Assembly: GCA_963693365.1 (NCBI GenBank)
Contig: CAVNZM010000011.1
Coordinates: 8,731,937-8,795,936, forward strand
DNA from: Amoebidium appalachense
Taxonomy: Eukaryota; Protista; Ichthyosporea
Direction: 5' to 3'
Length of the DNA: 64,000 nucleotides
Shown here: piece after piece, positions 1 through 49,862 of the stretch
How the letters are laid out: each line of letters starts with the position of its first letter
How positions within the stretch are numbered: the first letter of the stretch is position 1
Notes under the pieces: model-generated
Databases searched by the model: none
Seen by the model: the letters and a program-made list of their open reading frames with translations, nothing else
What the model was told of the DNA's origin: nothing
Made by a program: the position numbers and the translations under genes

Positions 1-212
1 CGGAGAACTATCATTTTTCGAAAGTTTTACTGTGACGTTTAACACTATAACGCACCTATCTATAGCACATCGCGTTATGCGGTGCACTGTGTGGGTGCGT
101 CTCTGTGCTGTACAGCAATTTGAAAAGGGTTGCAGCAGTGCATGCCTTATCATGGCATGGTACACGCTTGTACATGTGTATGGTTGCCTGCACGTATACG
201 TACACAAGTGTG

Positions 213-279
<67 letters not shown>

Positions 280-326
280 ACACTTGCACACACACACAAA
301 TGTATACACACCGGCGCGCCCGCGCC

Positions 327-374
<48 letters not shown>

Positions 375-1298
375 TATATACACACACATGCACACACACG
401 CACACTCCCCACCCACCAAAAAAAAAAGAAAAAAAAAACTTTTAAAAAAACTTGAAAAAATTGGAACCACGAATAAACTTCAGTCTTCACGTCTCACAAT
501 GAAAATTTGACGATGCACACATCGTTTCACCGTTTCCTTTGCTTTTATTGATTTGTTGGTATAAGAAACACATATACACGCCCTGCCAGTACCACGATCA
601 AATCAAAGTCTTTCCACCAACATGCTTTCAGATTGCCTAATTTGAGAATAACACTAGTGCAAACATATGGAAATAGTGACACACATGTTCAATCATCTCA
701 TGTAGGCGCAATGATTCAGAGTGCAAGTTTGCGCAACCATTTAGCGGTGCGCGTAAACAAAAACATGAATACAAGATATAACACAACATTCTGCAATTAT
801 TATGAGTGGCGCTCTGCCCACACAAACAACAGGTACTATGTTCTAGAATCTTGAAAACCCCCCAAGATCACACATACCACCCTCACAACGTGCTGTTGTG
901 TTTCGGAAAAAAAATCAACTATCACTATAGTAACTCCCCTCCACCCCATCCACCCCTTTCGAAAATCTCAGCCCAAACCCCCCCCCCCCCCCCGTAAATC
1001 GTAACAAACGGGCGGTACCTAGCAGGGGTAGGGTGGCAGGCTAAAAATAAGATTCTCCGAATTTATGATTCTAGCGTTAGAATTTTTGAGAAAATTCAAG
1101 GCCAGATTCTAGTTGGCTAGGACCCTCTGTAAATTCGTCTGAAAATTGTGATAATTTCACTTTATCCTCAGGGCACATAGGGGGGTTCATACCACACATA
1201 AGGGGGAAAAAAAAAAAAAAAAGAGCAAAAAAAGGAAAAACGGGACCCTTTTGAGTGGGAAGATAGTTCTATGCCCATATATGGGATAAAGGTAAGGG

Positions 1299-11328
<10,030 letters not shown>

Positions 11329-11683
11329 AGCATTGCACGCACACTGGGGCTTGCACGTTGCGTGCTTGTGTATGTGTATTTATATATGTGTGTAGGTGTG
11401 TCTGTGTGTGGTTTCTGCGTTTGTGTGCTTGTCTCTAGGTCTGGGTGTGTGATTGAAAGGTCGCTTTGTTGCCTTGATGTCTTACCTATTCAGTTGTGTG
11501 GGTAGGTTTGTAGTTGTGTGCGTGCGTGTGTGTGTGTGTAGTTTTAGGTTTATAAAGGTCGGCTACGATGCGACGGTCTGTATCTGTGCTTGTGTCTCTC
11601 GCCGTGTTACAGGTTGCCTCAGTGTGTGTGCGTGCGTGCGTGTGGGTGTGGGTGTGTGTCCGCGTGTGTGCGTGTGTGTGTGT

Positions 11684-11720
<37 letters not shown>

Positions 11721-13512
11721 TCTGTGTTTGGTTGTCTACGTGTGTGCGTGCTTCTGTGCTTGTGTAAGCTCAGGGCATCTGTATGTGCCGATGTGCCTAC
11801 GTGTCTCTACCGGTACCTCTGTGCTCATATCTGCTTGTGTCTGCGTGTGTTTGAACAACTATCCTCCCCACACAAAAGCGCCCACTCAGAGTCTATTTCT
11901 TCTAAATATATTGTTTTCTTTGTATTTTTAGAGTTTTTAATTTGCCTTCTACCAGAAACATACTTCATTATCACACCTAGAAGATTGTTTTTCTGCACCA
12001 ATCTTCACTGTTTGGCTTTTTCGTTTCTGAGTCTCAGCTGCAGCAGCGGGCCAGCTGACCACTGTGCGCATGCAGCTCCGGGCGGATCGGTTTCGCATAT
12101 GCACCGATTACACCGATTGCCAAAGCTAAGCAACACAAAAGGATTTTTCAAAAATGAGATAATATTACTTCAACCTTCATACATTTGTACATGTAGCAAT
12201 ATTGTGTCCCTTGTTCGCACTTTTTTCGAATACATTGCATGCATGACCAAATAGGCAGCCAATTATGTAAACCATACAAGCAGTAATAGTCAGGCTGATG
12301 AAAGCTAGAAATACAAGGTCATGGGACCCTGGGTAAGCTATGATCTAAAATAAGAGGGAAATGCAGATATAATAGAGATAAATGATTCTGCAAATATTGG
12401 AGGCATTGGTATATTGTAATAGCCAATCAGTCTTGACTGGTGATTTCCCTGGCTTTCTCAGTTGTCCAAACTTTGGCTGTTGAAAACGAAAAAAAAAAAA
12501 GCGAACAAAAGGGGGAAAATATTTTTTTTTTACTTTGCTTACATAGCATTTGGTTGGTCTGAGGGGATCAAGTATGTATCGGACGCCAAATGTTCGGCCC
12601 ACAACAGTTCGGGTTTTACCCGCCTTCTGACGTCATTAACTCCTGCCGGTCACCCAACGTTGTGATTGGCTATTCACGCACCACAGGAACACATTAAAGA
12701 GATTTCACTGTATCTATGTTTTTTTAAATTTTTACTGACTAATTGTTTAATCTTTAAAGCTTTAAAAATATTTTTAATTTATATAGTGATTCGATGATTA
12801 GTGAAAGGGAATATGATTAATTTTAAGTAAGTTAGAAGAGGTAAGGACACAAAGGAAGGGTTTTAGATTATTCCGAAATTATTCCTGCCACATCCGTGCC
12901 ACATTCTTTCGCTCACATGTGGAATGCAAATGGAATGCGCCTGCGCGCGTGTGTGTGGGTGGACCGCTCGATGGCAACAAGGATGCCTAGGCCCAGCTTC
13001 CACGGATTCGTACCCCCCTGCGCCTCCCGCAGCTGCCCAGCTGAGGCAGGGGGAGGCCACGGTCCACAGCCTTCGTTCCCGAACACAGCTGCCACGGAAC
13101 CAGCTGAGTTTGGTTCTTTCCCACACGTGTCTCAAGATATGTTACCCCTCCGGATCCCTTTATTTCCTGTTCCGCTGCTGGGTACCGGTCTCGGTTGTAC
13201 GTTTCAAGTCTCCAAGACGTAGATGTAGGATTAATAGGAAGTGGATTTTATTTCAGATGGCAAACAGAGCTATAGCATGAATCAATGCTTTGTATAGTAA
13301 TGAGCTGCCTAGCTCGTTAGGCTCTCCTAGGGATGATGTTCGGCAACATATATATATGCACCACGCCTCTACGTATACCTCAGCACACACATGTGTACAC
13401 ACATTTCCACCACAGCTCCTCTCTTTTTCACGCACTTTTTTCCCACACCCCCTCCTAATCTATAAACCCACGCACTTTTCCCATGCACCCACGCCAACAC
13501 AAGAAAAAGCTA

Positions 13513-15611
13513 TGTTTCACATTCTTTCTTCTTGCTCAGATATGCGCCGCAGGATCAGCAATGTCCCCTTAGCAGCCGTTTCTGATTCTTTTCCATGCTT
13601 TAACCATACTAAAGCTTTCACCCCCATAGTTGCTGAACGAATGGCCCTTCCCCCTCCGGGATTTGGTGCCACTGTCCCTCTCCTTTCGGTCCTTCCCCTG
13701 ACCTGCGGGTGTTGCTGGAGACGCCCGATGCATTGGTGGTGTCAGAGTCGAGTGAGGGTCACGGTGAGAGTGGGTCTGAGCCCACTGCGACCGAGGAGTC
13801 GCCCGTGCACGGAGCTTGCGGGGTGGGGCAGAGGGCGACTGAGAGCACCACTGAGGGTGCAGAGAAATCCCACCCCACTCCCGGGCGTCCTGTCTTTGCC
13901 TTCTCGTCACCCTATTAGCCAAGCGAATGTCTGATTGTGGCATGATTGCTTTTTCGGAATCCAATGAGCCCCCGAAAGTCATAAATGGTTTGTTTGCAAT
14001 TGAAAAGATGAGAAAGAAGATCGTCTTATTATGGATGCCCGTCCTATGAATGCAGTTATGGTTGATCCCCCCAATCCCCTTTTTCCCAGCCCGTCGGATT
14101 TGTGTAGCATCATCATCCCTAAAAATTCCGTCCTGGTTGTAGCCAAGTATGATTTTCCAAATTTCTATCATCGGTTTCGGGTTCCAGAGTGGTTGTCGTG
14201 GTATCAAGGCCTCCCCCCAGTCTCCTCCAAGGCGGCGGGGTTGCCTGGCTTGGATCGGTTGGTGTTCCCACGTGTTTTGTCGATGCCGATGGGGTGGAAA
14301 TAGGCCCCGTTTCTTGCCCAGAGGTCTCAAGAAGTCAAGATTTCATGATCCACCCTCCTCTTCGGGTCGACAGATGCATCCAATCATATTTTCCGCCGGC
14401 ACATTCCATGAGCAACCAATCGGATTCCGTTCATTTGATCTACGTTGATGATTGGGTGGGGAGAGGGTTCGAAGTTCGAACTTCGAAGAAGCTAGGGTGA
14501 ATGCGGAACTTCGGAGGTGACGGCAGCAGGCGAGGAAAACGGATTCGAAATCAAGCCGTCAAAGACGGTGCGAGCAGCCCGAACTACACCCGAAACGGTG
14601 GCACTCGGTCTCGCCATTGGGTTCGACAGTAGAACTCGACCCGACTCTTATAAGCTAGCCAAGCTTCTGGCTGACCCTGAAGTCGGTTTACGCCTGCAAG
14701 CAGTGTCTCCACGAAATTTATCCCGGTTGTTGGGGGGCTGGGCTTGGTTGTTACTTTTGAATAGGTGCCTTTTCTCGGTGTTGGAATCTTGCTACGAGTT
14801 TGTTTACTACAATGCCACCACGCCACTGACAGATCTCACTATTCCCCTCGCAGTTAAGGTCGAATTGTCTATGTTGATTGCATTATCTCCCTTGGTGGTG
14901 TGTGATCTGTCGGCTCAGCCAGCCTCCGTAGTGCTGGCCTCGGATGCTTCCATGACTGGCGCAGGGGTGTCGGTTCCCAATGTCACGGTTGAGCAATCGT
15001 TATTGGCGCTGTCCCAGTCCGTCTCGAAACCCGGGTATTCCTTTCTTTCCCTCGAAGGGCACGACACGAAGGCCGGCGACCCTCGTTATATGCCGTCATC
15101 GGTCGAGCGCAGCGATGTTTATTATGTTGCAAATGAAATTGAAGAGCCCACCTCCGTTCCCCAGTCACTGGAGCCGGAGCCCCCCGCATGCGCCGCTAGC
15201 TTGTTGGATATGGTGGATGGCTTGCAGTGGCACCATCCCATTTCCGCACGGTGGCAGCACACAGATTACATCACCATTTTAGAGGGACACGTGTTGCTTT
15301 TGTCACTTCGTCTTTTTGTACGAGCTCCACGTAATCATCACACACGAGTCGCACATCTGATTGACAACACAGCGTTGGTGTATGCTAGCGCTGTGACGAA
15401 GGGGAGATCAAGCTCTCGGCGCCTGAACCACCTCTGTAGAAGAGTGGCAGCTCTCCTGTGCGCAGCAGCAGTGCGTCCATCCTGGGTGTGGGTGCCGTCC
15501 GCACATAACCCCGCGGATGAACCGTCACGCGCAATCGTTCCAAGTCCCAGGGTGGTACGGGTATTGAACATCGACAATCAGCTATCATCCGTCATCATGA
15601 TAGGGTGCTAG
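13513..15611 (+). pseudogene. RT-RNase H polyprotein of the YR retrotransposon, frameshifted and with stop codons
   Basis: RT motifs PIVAERMALP, GLFAIEK, DARPMN, KYDFPNFYHRF, MPMGW(K*)APFLAQ and YVDD (~14441). DIRS-type RNase H motifs SDAS.TGAG, ITILEG, IDNT and WVPSAHNPADEPSR in ORF 14517-15611. Several frame changes between 13700 and 14520. Confidence 0.85.
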
Positions 15612-15930
15612 ACCGATTTGTTGGCTGGTGTAAGACTACCCGGGGTATCGACAGGTGCGAAAATGTCTGGGTTATTGATGAGCTTCTAAGCAGTTATGCT
15701 GCATGCAGAGCTGTATCATGATCCAAGACCTTCATGGCTGCACGATGGGTTGGCCCACTGTCGAACGGTTTTGGCGGCCATTAATATTCACCACTTCTAT
15801 CCAAGATACTTATGGATGCGTTTGTCAGAACCGAGGATGCTTTCAGTGTGTGGGAATCAGAATTACTCCAGTGCTAATTATTATTTTCCTACACATACGG
15901 CCAAGCCCGGGTGAGTACACTGTAGAGCTC
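15560..15930 (+). pseudogene. Truncated tyrosine recombinase remnant overlapping the end of RNase H
   Basis: DRFVGWC...IDELLSSYA / ELYHDP...TVLAAI.IHHFYP...W.RLSEP / ..RPSPGE resemble the N-terminus and first catalytic-Arg region of retrotransposon YRs. The HxxR and Y motifs are absent. Confidence 0.5.
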
Positions 15931-16054
15931 AGAAACACAAAGGAATTCACAAACCTTTGACTATCACAAAAGCAAGTTAGGTAGATTTGGATATAGATGA
16001 AGGGGTGTCCTCGGCCATTGCGCGTTAGGGACACTGTTTCCTTCTTTAGGGTAG

Positions 16055-16155
<101 letters not shown>

Positions 16156-16985
16156 GTACGTGCACTTACATGCACGCACACACACCATAGTTTTCATGGT
16201 TCGTTAGATGTCAATTAACAGTTATTCATACGTATTCTTTTAGAGTAATTATTTTATTTTTTCAAAATAATAAACTCCCGTACTTGCCTCTGATTTCATG
16301 TCCATGAGTCGCGGGGAGCCACGACGGTAGCGAGAAATGATATCGATCTTGCCTCCGGCACTTCGATTACTTGCGGTGCTGTGCATAATAAGTTTGTCCA
16401 GCCTGTCCCGGGAATAGGCATGTTTACCGTAGTGTCATAAACCAAACTATACGGTTATTGTATGACATATGTACTGAAAGGTGGTAGCTCCCGAAAATCA
16501 CCATGCAGCTCGAAATAAAAAAAATGAATGAGAAAACATAGTCAAGCATGTAGGCTACGTAATCACGGTGATCATTCATGAGGCCTAACTAATATCTATG
16601 ACTACTAGTGACTAATTAACATGCGAGCCATATAATAACAAGTATAGTAGTCATGGGACTAAGATGATGTTCAAAACAAACTTTATGCTTTGAGCTGCCA
16701 TGCCATATGCATTCTGATTGCAATCTGCCTTACCTTTGTAGGGTGTGCCTGAATAATCCTGCCCCCAACGTTAACGCACACACACGGAAACTCGCGATCG
16801 AGCTCACATGTACTCGGTACACTCCACCCCACCGGCCCTCCCCCACATGTAGTGGCCCGGGGAGGCGAGGGAGTCACTTACTTTCAGGAGCGGCCCGGGC
16901 CGGTTGAAGGTGTTGTGTGCCCGTGTCCTGATATGTGCACGTGTATTTGTGTGTCTCTGTGTGTGTGTCGGAAGAGGATGAGGGT

Positions 16986-17035
<50 letters not shown>

Positions 17036-17640
17036 GGAGAGATAAATTCCCAAGCCGGCCGGCCGTGCACTGCACGACAACCTGTTCTGCATGCCGCCTG
17101 CACAAAATAATTAAACCTGTTATGCATGTCAAGTAGGAATATGATGTAGGCTAAGGTGAACGCATGGGCATGGCAACTTACAAAAGAAAACAATGCACGG
17201 GATAGCGAGCTTTTGGGGCCACAATTCATTGTACATGTAGGTCGTTACATAGTGTGATCAGGTCATTTTGGTGGCATACGACTCGGTTTGGAACATATTA
17301 TTACTACTGTGGAGTGTCTGCGGAACCTCGAAAATGTGTGAGGAGATAACAGTATCCCCGCTGCAGTTTTCCAATTCAATGAAACACGTATGCGCAAATT
17401 AATACTTGCCTTGTTTTGGGGGTTTTTTTTGTGTGTGTATGTGTATGTACATGTGTTCTCCTGTTTACAGGTGTTGTTTTGTTTTTTGTTTTTGGTTTAA
17501 TGTTATGACAGACACTCGCGGGTTGTTTTCCTTATCAAATTGAATCATCTGAGGTGTGCGTGCTGTGCAATCGACACACAGTGAGGCACACACACAGACA
17601 CATTCAGACACACACACACACACACACGCACGCACGCACG

Positions 17641-17671
<31 letters not shown>

Positions 17672-17698
17672 GCACACACACACACTGTGGCGCGTGCG

Positions 17699-17749
<51 letters not shown>

Positions 17750-17838
17750 TAGCACACACACATAGCCTTGAAACACACACACACACACACATGTACATAC
17801 ACAGCACGCACACAAACACACGCATGCGCGCGCACGCG

Positions 17839-17878
<40 letters not shown>

Positions 17879-18630
17879 CACACACACACACACACATCAA
17901 GCATGGTTTAAGTTCCTAGTAGCCTAAGTCGACGTCTTTTATGCCATACACAGTCATAGTATATTTGCTATTGGGTTCCCTAGGCACTTGGATTCATGGT
18001 ATGATAGACCTACTATTTAGCTTGCATACATAGGCATACATAGGCACGTTGACCTCAGCAGTGGTGAGATTACGGTGGCTATACGAGTCAGTTGGTCCTA
18101 CGTGCGCGCGTACCACCTTAAATTCTCAGAAAAGAACAACAGCGTGCTTACAGTGTTTTTGTGAGAAACAACATGCACTAGAGAAACAACTTATGCCACT
18201 ATGTTACCTTAAACTGTAATCAACAACAAACACTGAAGTAATAGGATGCGCTGCGCTGACACTAGTACTGCGACATGTGCAAAGTACTTTTGGTGCCTTG
18301 AAACGGGCCACCTAGTATCACAATCACAAAACTCACTAATATCCCTTTTATAGTATCGGAGTCGAAATGATATCATAGTCGGGACAATCAAGACTATCAG
18401 CGTGCTAATATGATCTTTGTATAGAGAATCAAGAGAAACAACATACACCATTGTGTTACCTCAAACTGTACCTAACATTGCACTCAAGTGCGCTTACATG
18501 TACACACATATGCAAAGTATACTGCCTTAGGGCACGTCACTGAGTACCATAATCACAAGTCGTTATTATTTCAATTGGGTTGGGATACAGTGTCGCAAGT
18601 TCCAGGGGATGCGGCCGACTGTTAGTGCTT

Positions 18631-44604
<25,974 letters not shown>

Positions 44605-45099
44605 TTTCTATGTTTTTTAGAGAACTAGCAACTAGTTACAGTGATATCACACCGCTAGGTGCTTGAATTCTTTATGTGGCGGCGATCTAATATCTGTGTT
44701 CGCCAAAGGAAAGCGAAGAATGCTCGGGCCACTCGGGCAAAGAAGTAAACCACTCTCTCTCCAATCTGTCGGTTTTGCCAGCCGAACTATGCCCGTAACG
44801 GGCCCAACACGCTTATTGAGCCCAATATCACTAATTCTAGCACAAAAGAACCATGGCACTAGTTGTTTCTGTTGACGTTTGTAGGCCTACAAGCACGTGT
44901 CGTTTGCAAAGATCTGAAGATGCTTGCCCACCGGATCCATCAGTAATGCTCATGAAGATCCCGCGCATTAGAGTTCCCCTCGCCCATAAACCCTTTCTTT
45001 AAACCCTGAGCCCTTTTTGTCTACTAATTGTGTTCCTCTTTCGTTTCTAGGCTTTCTGTCAAAACATGAGATGTCTAATGGGCAAAGAAAAAGGAGAAA

Positions 45100-45500
45100 A
45101 CGAAGAAACGGAACGGTTGTGCCGCGCGCGGCCGCTCACGGTTCCAAAATGGAATGATTGGTTGAACGATCTCAGTTAGTCAGCTGTGATTGGTCTACAT
45201 AATTTTGGAACGATTACGTCACCTTCGCCGACTCGAGTCGGTGCGTCGCATGAAAGCAACCTTCCACAGATAGAGAGCCTTGCTCAAAAGCTTTCACCTT
45301 CTGCGTTGAGAAATATTCGTGCGGTAAACTAAGATATTCAACATGTTTTTGGTAGGCGAGTTTTGGCTTTGCAGCTGCTCGATCTAGAATTTTGCAGTTC
45401 CCTGGGGCTGGTGTAATATGATTGGTCACCTATAGTTCTTCCAATCAAGGCACAGATGACGAAGTGAGCCCGTCAAAGTTGCCGATGGCGCTAGCATGAT
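45100..45500 (-). promoter_or_regulatory. Probable promoter of the RhoGEF gene
   Basis: Repeat-free region 5' of exon 1 with four CCAAT/ATTGG boxes (~45156, 45189, 45420, 45441), a GC-rich patch and TTACGTCA. Confidence 0.45.
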
Positions 45501-45779
45501 TCATAGCCAACCATTCATCATTCTGTTACGCCTTGGCCCACGAGCTCCTGCCACGCACACAACGGTTGACACGCACACGCAGGTGTGCATGTACATAAGC
45601 ACGCACAGGCCCGCACGTGCACACGTATGTACACAGTCACGCACGCACACGCGCACACAAAAGCACATACAAACACACGCAATCGCGCACACATACACAT
45701 GTGCGCAAACGCACACGCACACGTACAGGCTCGCGCGCGAGAGATGCATGCGCGCCGCACACACGGTGACACAACACAC

Positions 45780-45876
<97 letters not shown>

Positions 45877-46341
45877 ACACACAACACACGCACACACACG
45901 TACACACACGCACACGCCGGGAGGCACACACACATGTACATGTACATGTACAGCTGCAGTGTCACACACCCACACACACGCATGCACACCGCACGAGAGA
46001 TAGATACACACACGCACACACACACACACACACACACACGAGAGATGCACGCACATACACATACACACTCCGGTAACCGTTGAAAATTTAACGTGTTACC
46101 GTACTGCTGCAAACCGCACGCGCACAATTTTTGTTTTTAAACAAAAACTACAGAATCGCACCAAGGCTCAGCACACATATCGAGGCCAAATAAATTTATA
46201 ACGGTTACACGACCTGATGCCCATGGGTGCCCCTATGTACACACACAGTAGTGGCCATGTCTAAAATCATTCCCCGCTCTGTCACCGTGTCACTGACCAG
46301 TCTGGCATTTAATATATGCAGTCCCCCCTCGAGCTCCCCCG

Positions 46342-46372
<31 letters not shown>

Positions 46373-46439
46373 CCCCCCCTCCGCCCCCCCAAAAAAAGAA
46401 ATTAAAAAAAGAAAACCGTTAACAATAAACACGCACGCG

Positions 46440-46480
<41 letters not shown>

Positions 46481-46484
46481 GCAC

Positions 46485-46517
<33 letters not shown>

Positions 46518-46563
46518 TGCAGTGCACACACAAAAAATAAAAAGGTGTGTTGACTAAAGTTCA

Positions 46564-46675
46564 GAATGTTGAATATCATTGAATACAGTGACATTGAATA
46601 TTTATTGGTGACTTGTGGATGAATGTTGAATATCATTGAATACAGTGACTAATATTTATTATTACTTGTGGAGGA
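46564..46675. repeat. Tandem duplication, 2 x ~57 bp
   Basis: GAATGTTGAATATCATTGAATACAGTGAC...AATATTTATT...ACTTGTGGA occurs twice. Confidence 0.85.
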
Positions 46676-46775
46676 CTTGCCCCTTCCGTCCTCCCCCCCC
46701 CCCCCCCCCCCCCCCCCAGGCCGGCCTCCCATCCTCCCCCCTTCTCCCCCCTCCCCCCACCCCCCCCCCCCCCCA

Positions 46776-46823
<48 letters not shown>

Positions 46824-46843
46824 CACACGCACACACACGCACA

Positions 46844-46907
<64 letters not shown>

Positions 46908-47583
46908 CGATCGGGACGTCGATCGGGACGGCATATAGTGTATACTAAAAAATAAAATATGTTTAAAATCTTGCTAAAATTAGAGCAGCCCCGGCTGCAG
47001 AGAAGGTAATATGAACACCAATTCTAATAAACGTCACACTTTGGATTAGAACAGTTATATAAAAGGTTACCTTAGTAGGATTACAAGTAGAGCATAATAC
47101 ATTAACATCTCAGGGCTGATTACAAAGATAAAAAATTAAAACGGTTAAGTAATAAGGTAAGGCCATAATCTCAGACAATACTAAATGGGTGAGTACACCT
47201 ACGCCCCCGTGCTAACCTAAGGAGAGAGAGGCAAAGAATAAATAAATAAATAAGCTAAAAACACTACATATTGCTATACGGAGTCATATAAAACATGAGA
47301 ATTAATGCATACCGTAAAAAGTAGTAGAGCAAAGAATTCATTATAATGATATATTATTAGGTAAATACAGGTGCGTGAAGAGCATAAGAATCACGTGCAC
47401 GCGTGAGTTTGGCAAATCCACACACACACACGCACACACACACAAAAAAAAAAAAATACACACAAAGCATTCCCCTTACCTTGGCCCTCCGAGAACCTCC
47501 CCCCCCCCCCTCCCCCCCTCCTTCCCCTCCCCCCCCCCCCCCCCCCCCCCTTCAAAAACACACGCGCGTGCACACACCCACAT

Positions 47584-47931
47584 CTACACCTCAGGTTTCA
47601 CAGCCTCATAAATGTCAATATTGTAAATCCCCTTCTCCAAATCACGCCCCTTACAATATACCTCGAAAAACGGACGCGAATAATCCGCTTCATGCCCTTC
47701 CATCTTCCGAACCAACTCGGTCACTTCTGACCACGATTTCATGTTCTCAGTCTGTCTCGCTCCCTTGTATTCCTTGACAGCGTATAATCCCGCAGGAATG
47801 ATTTCTGTTTCTATTTCTCCTTTTCCAACTGTTCCCATCGGGACGACAAGGGAGGCGCCGGCTGCGAGCCCCTTGCCGACCGGTGTTTGCATGAGGTAGA
47901 TCATGAGTTCACACACACACACTCTCTCTCT
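47584..47931 (-). CDS. GyrI-like small-molecule-binding protein, paralog 2 (last exon; gene possibly pseudogenising)
   Basis: ELMIYLMQTP...[10 protein letters not shown]...W....V..MEG.E.D.SRPFFEVY...DIYEAVKP* is colinear with exon 2 of the 51043 gene. The acceptor is obscured by (AG)n(TG)n. A candidate decayed first exon lies at ~49030-48920. Confidence 0.7.
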   Translation of the reverse strand, partial: RERVCVCELMIYLMQTPVGKGLAAGASLVVPMGTVGKGEIETEIIPAGLYAVKEYKGARQTENMKSWSEVTELVRKMEGHEADYSRPFFEVYCKGRDLEKGIYNIDIYEAVKPEV

Positions 47932-48233
47932 CTCTGTGTGTGTGTGTGTATGGGAAAGAGAGGGGGGAGGGTGGGGGGCGTGGGGGAGGAAGATAGAGAG
48001 AGGGACGTGGCCCAGGGGGGAGGTGGGGGGGGGAAGTACACATGCATGTGTGTGTGTGTGTGTGTGTCAGTCATGTGTGTATGAGGAGGAGGGGCCCGGT
48101 GGTGGTGGTGGTGGTGGTGGTGGTGTGGGGGGGGGGGGGGGGGGGGGGGGGGGGGTAAGAATGGGTGTTTATTAGTGTGTTGGGGGACTCCTACGATTAG
48201 CATGAACGCCTTTGTGTGGGAGGGGGAGAAACA

Positions 48234-48278
<45 letters not shown>

Positions 48279-48665
48279 GGGGGGTTGCAGTTGACAGTAC
48301 CAAGTACAAATCCACCACTGCTGTATAGTTACGTGTGTATAGTTACGTGTGTATAGTTACGTGTGTATGCCAAACAGAGTACACACAACGTAAATGATCA
48401 ACAGGGGGAACGCAAGTGGGGAGGGGAGGGGGGCGGGGGGAGGGGGGGGGGGGGGAGAGAGAGAAGGGGGAGCCAGGTTCTTACGAGGGTGTAATTTTAA
48501 CTGCTAGGAGCGAATAACAAGCCTGGTAAGAGTAGACGTTTTAGAATAAGAAAGGAGAGAGAGGAGGGGGGGAGGGGAGGGAGGGGGGAGGAGTGGCGAA
48601 GGAAAGTTGCCATAACAGGTGTTTTGGTCGTTCAGGAGAGTGTAGCCCCGTGGCGGGCGGGGGGT

Positions 48666-48708
<43 letters not shown>

Positions 48709-48869
48709 GCTGGAATGCAGAACACTGAACTTAGTACAACTGAAGTCTGAGAGACACTGTGCAGGGCACATGCAAAAGCCAACACACTATTGTGCAACAA
48801 AGCACGGGGGAGGGGGGAGGGGGGAGGGGGGGGGAGAGGGGGGATTGGGGTGTGTGTGTGTGGGTGGGT

Positions 48870-48920
<51 letters not shown>

Positions 48921-49149
48921 TGGAAGAACACGAGCACACGCAACAGCATACTGGAGTCTATGAATATATCCATAGACTCGCACACTTGAAAACTTCCGAA
49001 CACTTTAGAATACGTCAACATGCCCTTTGTATCCCCCCCTCCCCCCCCCCCCCCCCCCCCATCTCTCTCTCTCTCTCCCCCCCCCCCCCCCCCCCCCCCC
49101 TCCCCTTCCCCCTCCCTCCCCTTACACCTCCCCCCCAGAGTCAACCTGC

Positions 49150-49495
49150 TCCGAGCAGAATTTGTCACAGAATTATTCAGCAAAAGCAACAAAATTATTT
49201 TGCAGAATAATGCAACAAAATTAATCTATGTACTAAAAGCAGAATTATTTTGCTAGAAGCAAATTTACACATTCTGCTGCCGGGGGCAGACTGAATTATT
49301 CTGCCTTCTGCCGAATGATTCTGCTAAAAGCATCAGGATCATTCTGCTAAGAAGCAAAATGATTTTTCTTGAAACAGAATAACTCAGCTTTTGCAGAATA
49401 ATTCTGCTTTAAACAGAATAACTCTGCTTTTGCAGACTACTTCTGCTTTTAACAGAATATTCAGCGGAATTTTTCTGCATTGTTATCTGAATTAT
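49150..49495. repeat. Array of degenerate palindromes, consensus GCAGAAT(A/T)ATTCTGC
   Basis: Roughly a dozen or more imperfect copies or half-sites (e.g. GCAGAATTATTTTGC ~49240, GCAGAATAATTCTGC ~49393, CAGAATAACTCTGC ~49414). Confidence 0.75.
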
Positions 49496-49831
49496 CCCTC
49501 CCCCCCTCTCCCCCCAAACACACGTGCACACACACCCATGTACACATACACACGCACGTGCGCGTACACACATGCACACATGCACACACACACACACACC
49601 TTCCCCTGGACATGTGTGTGATCTGTATATCATTGTTGAACTGCCACGGTGATGGTGTCGTAGTAAGAGCACAAACCTTCTCCACCCTTTCACTGCTTCC
49701 AGCTACCGGTCACATTGCACCAATTTGAAAGCAAAAAAAATCTCTTTCAGATTTGAACCCCGTGACTCCGGATTCCAAACAATCATGCCCCCCGCCCACA
49801 ATCCCTTCCTCCTCCCTCCCCTCCCCCCCCC

Positions 49832-49862
<31 letters not shown>

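Larger units (their letters stand above)
12890..15960 (+). mobile_element. Degenerate tyrosine-recombinase (DIRS-like) retrotransposon; boundaries approximate
   Basis: A microsatellite-free ~3 kb block containing RT, RNase H and the N-terminal part of a tyrosine recombinase, in that order (see pseudogene features). Confidence 0.8.

Noticed and set aside
16683-17230. Small minus-strand gene suggested by GTAAGT/GTAAGG donor-like sites at ~16880 and ~16733
   Set aside because: No phase-consistent exon chain or recognisable protein could be built.
44647-44953. Upstream coding exons of the RhoGEF gene
   Set aside because: Short ORFs without recognisable motifs; more likely 5' UTR or uORFs. The ATG at 44604 already chains in phase.
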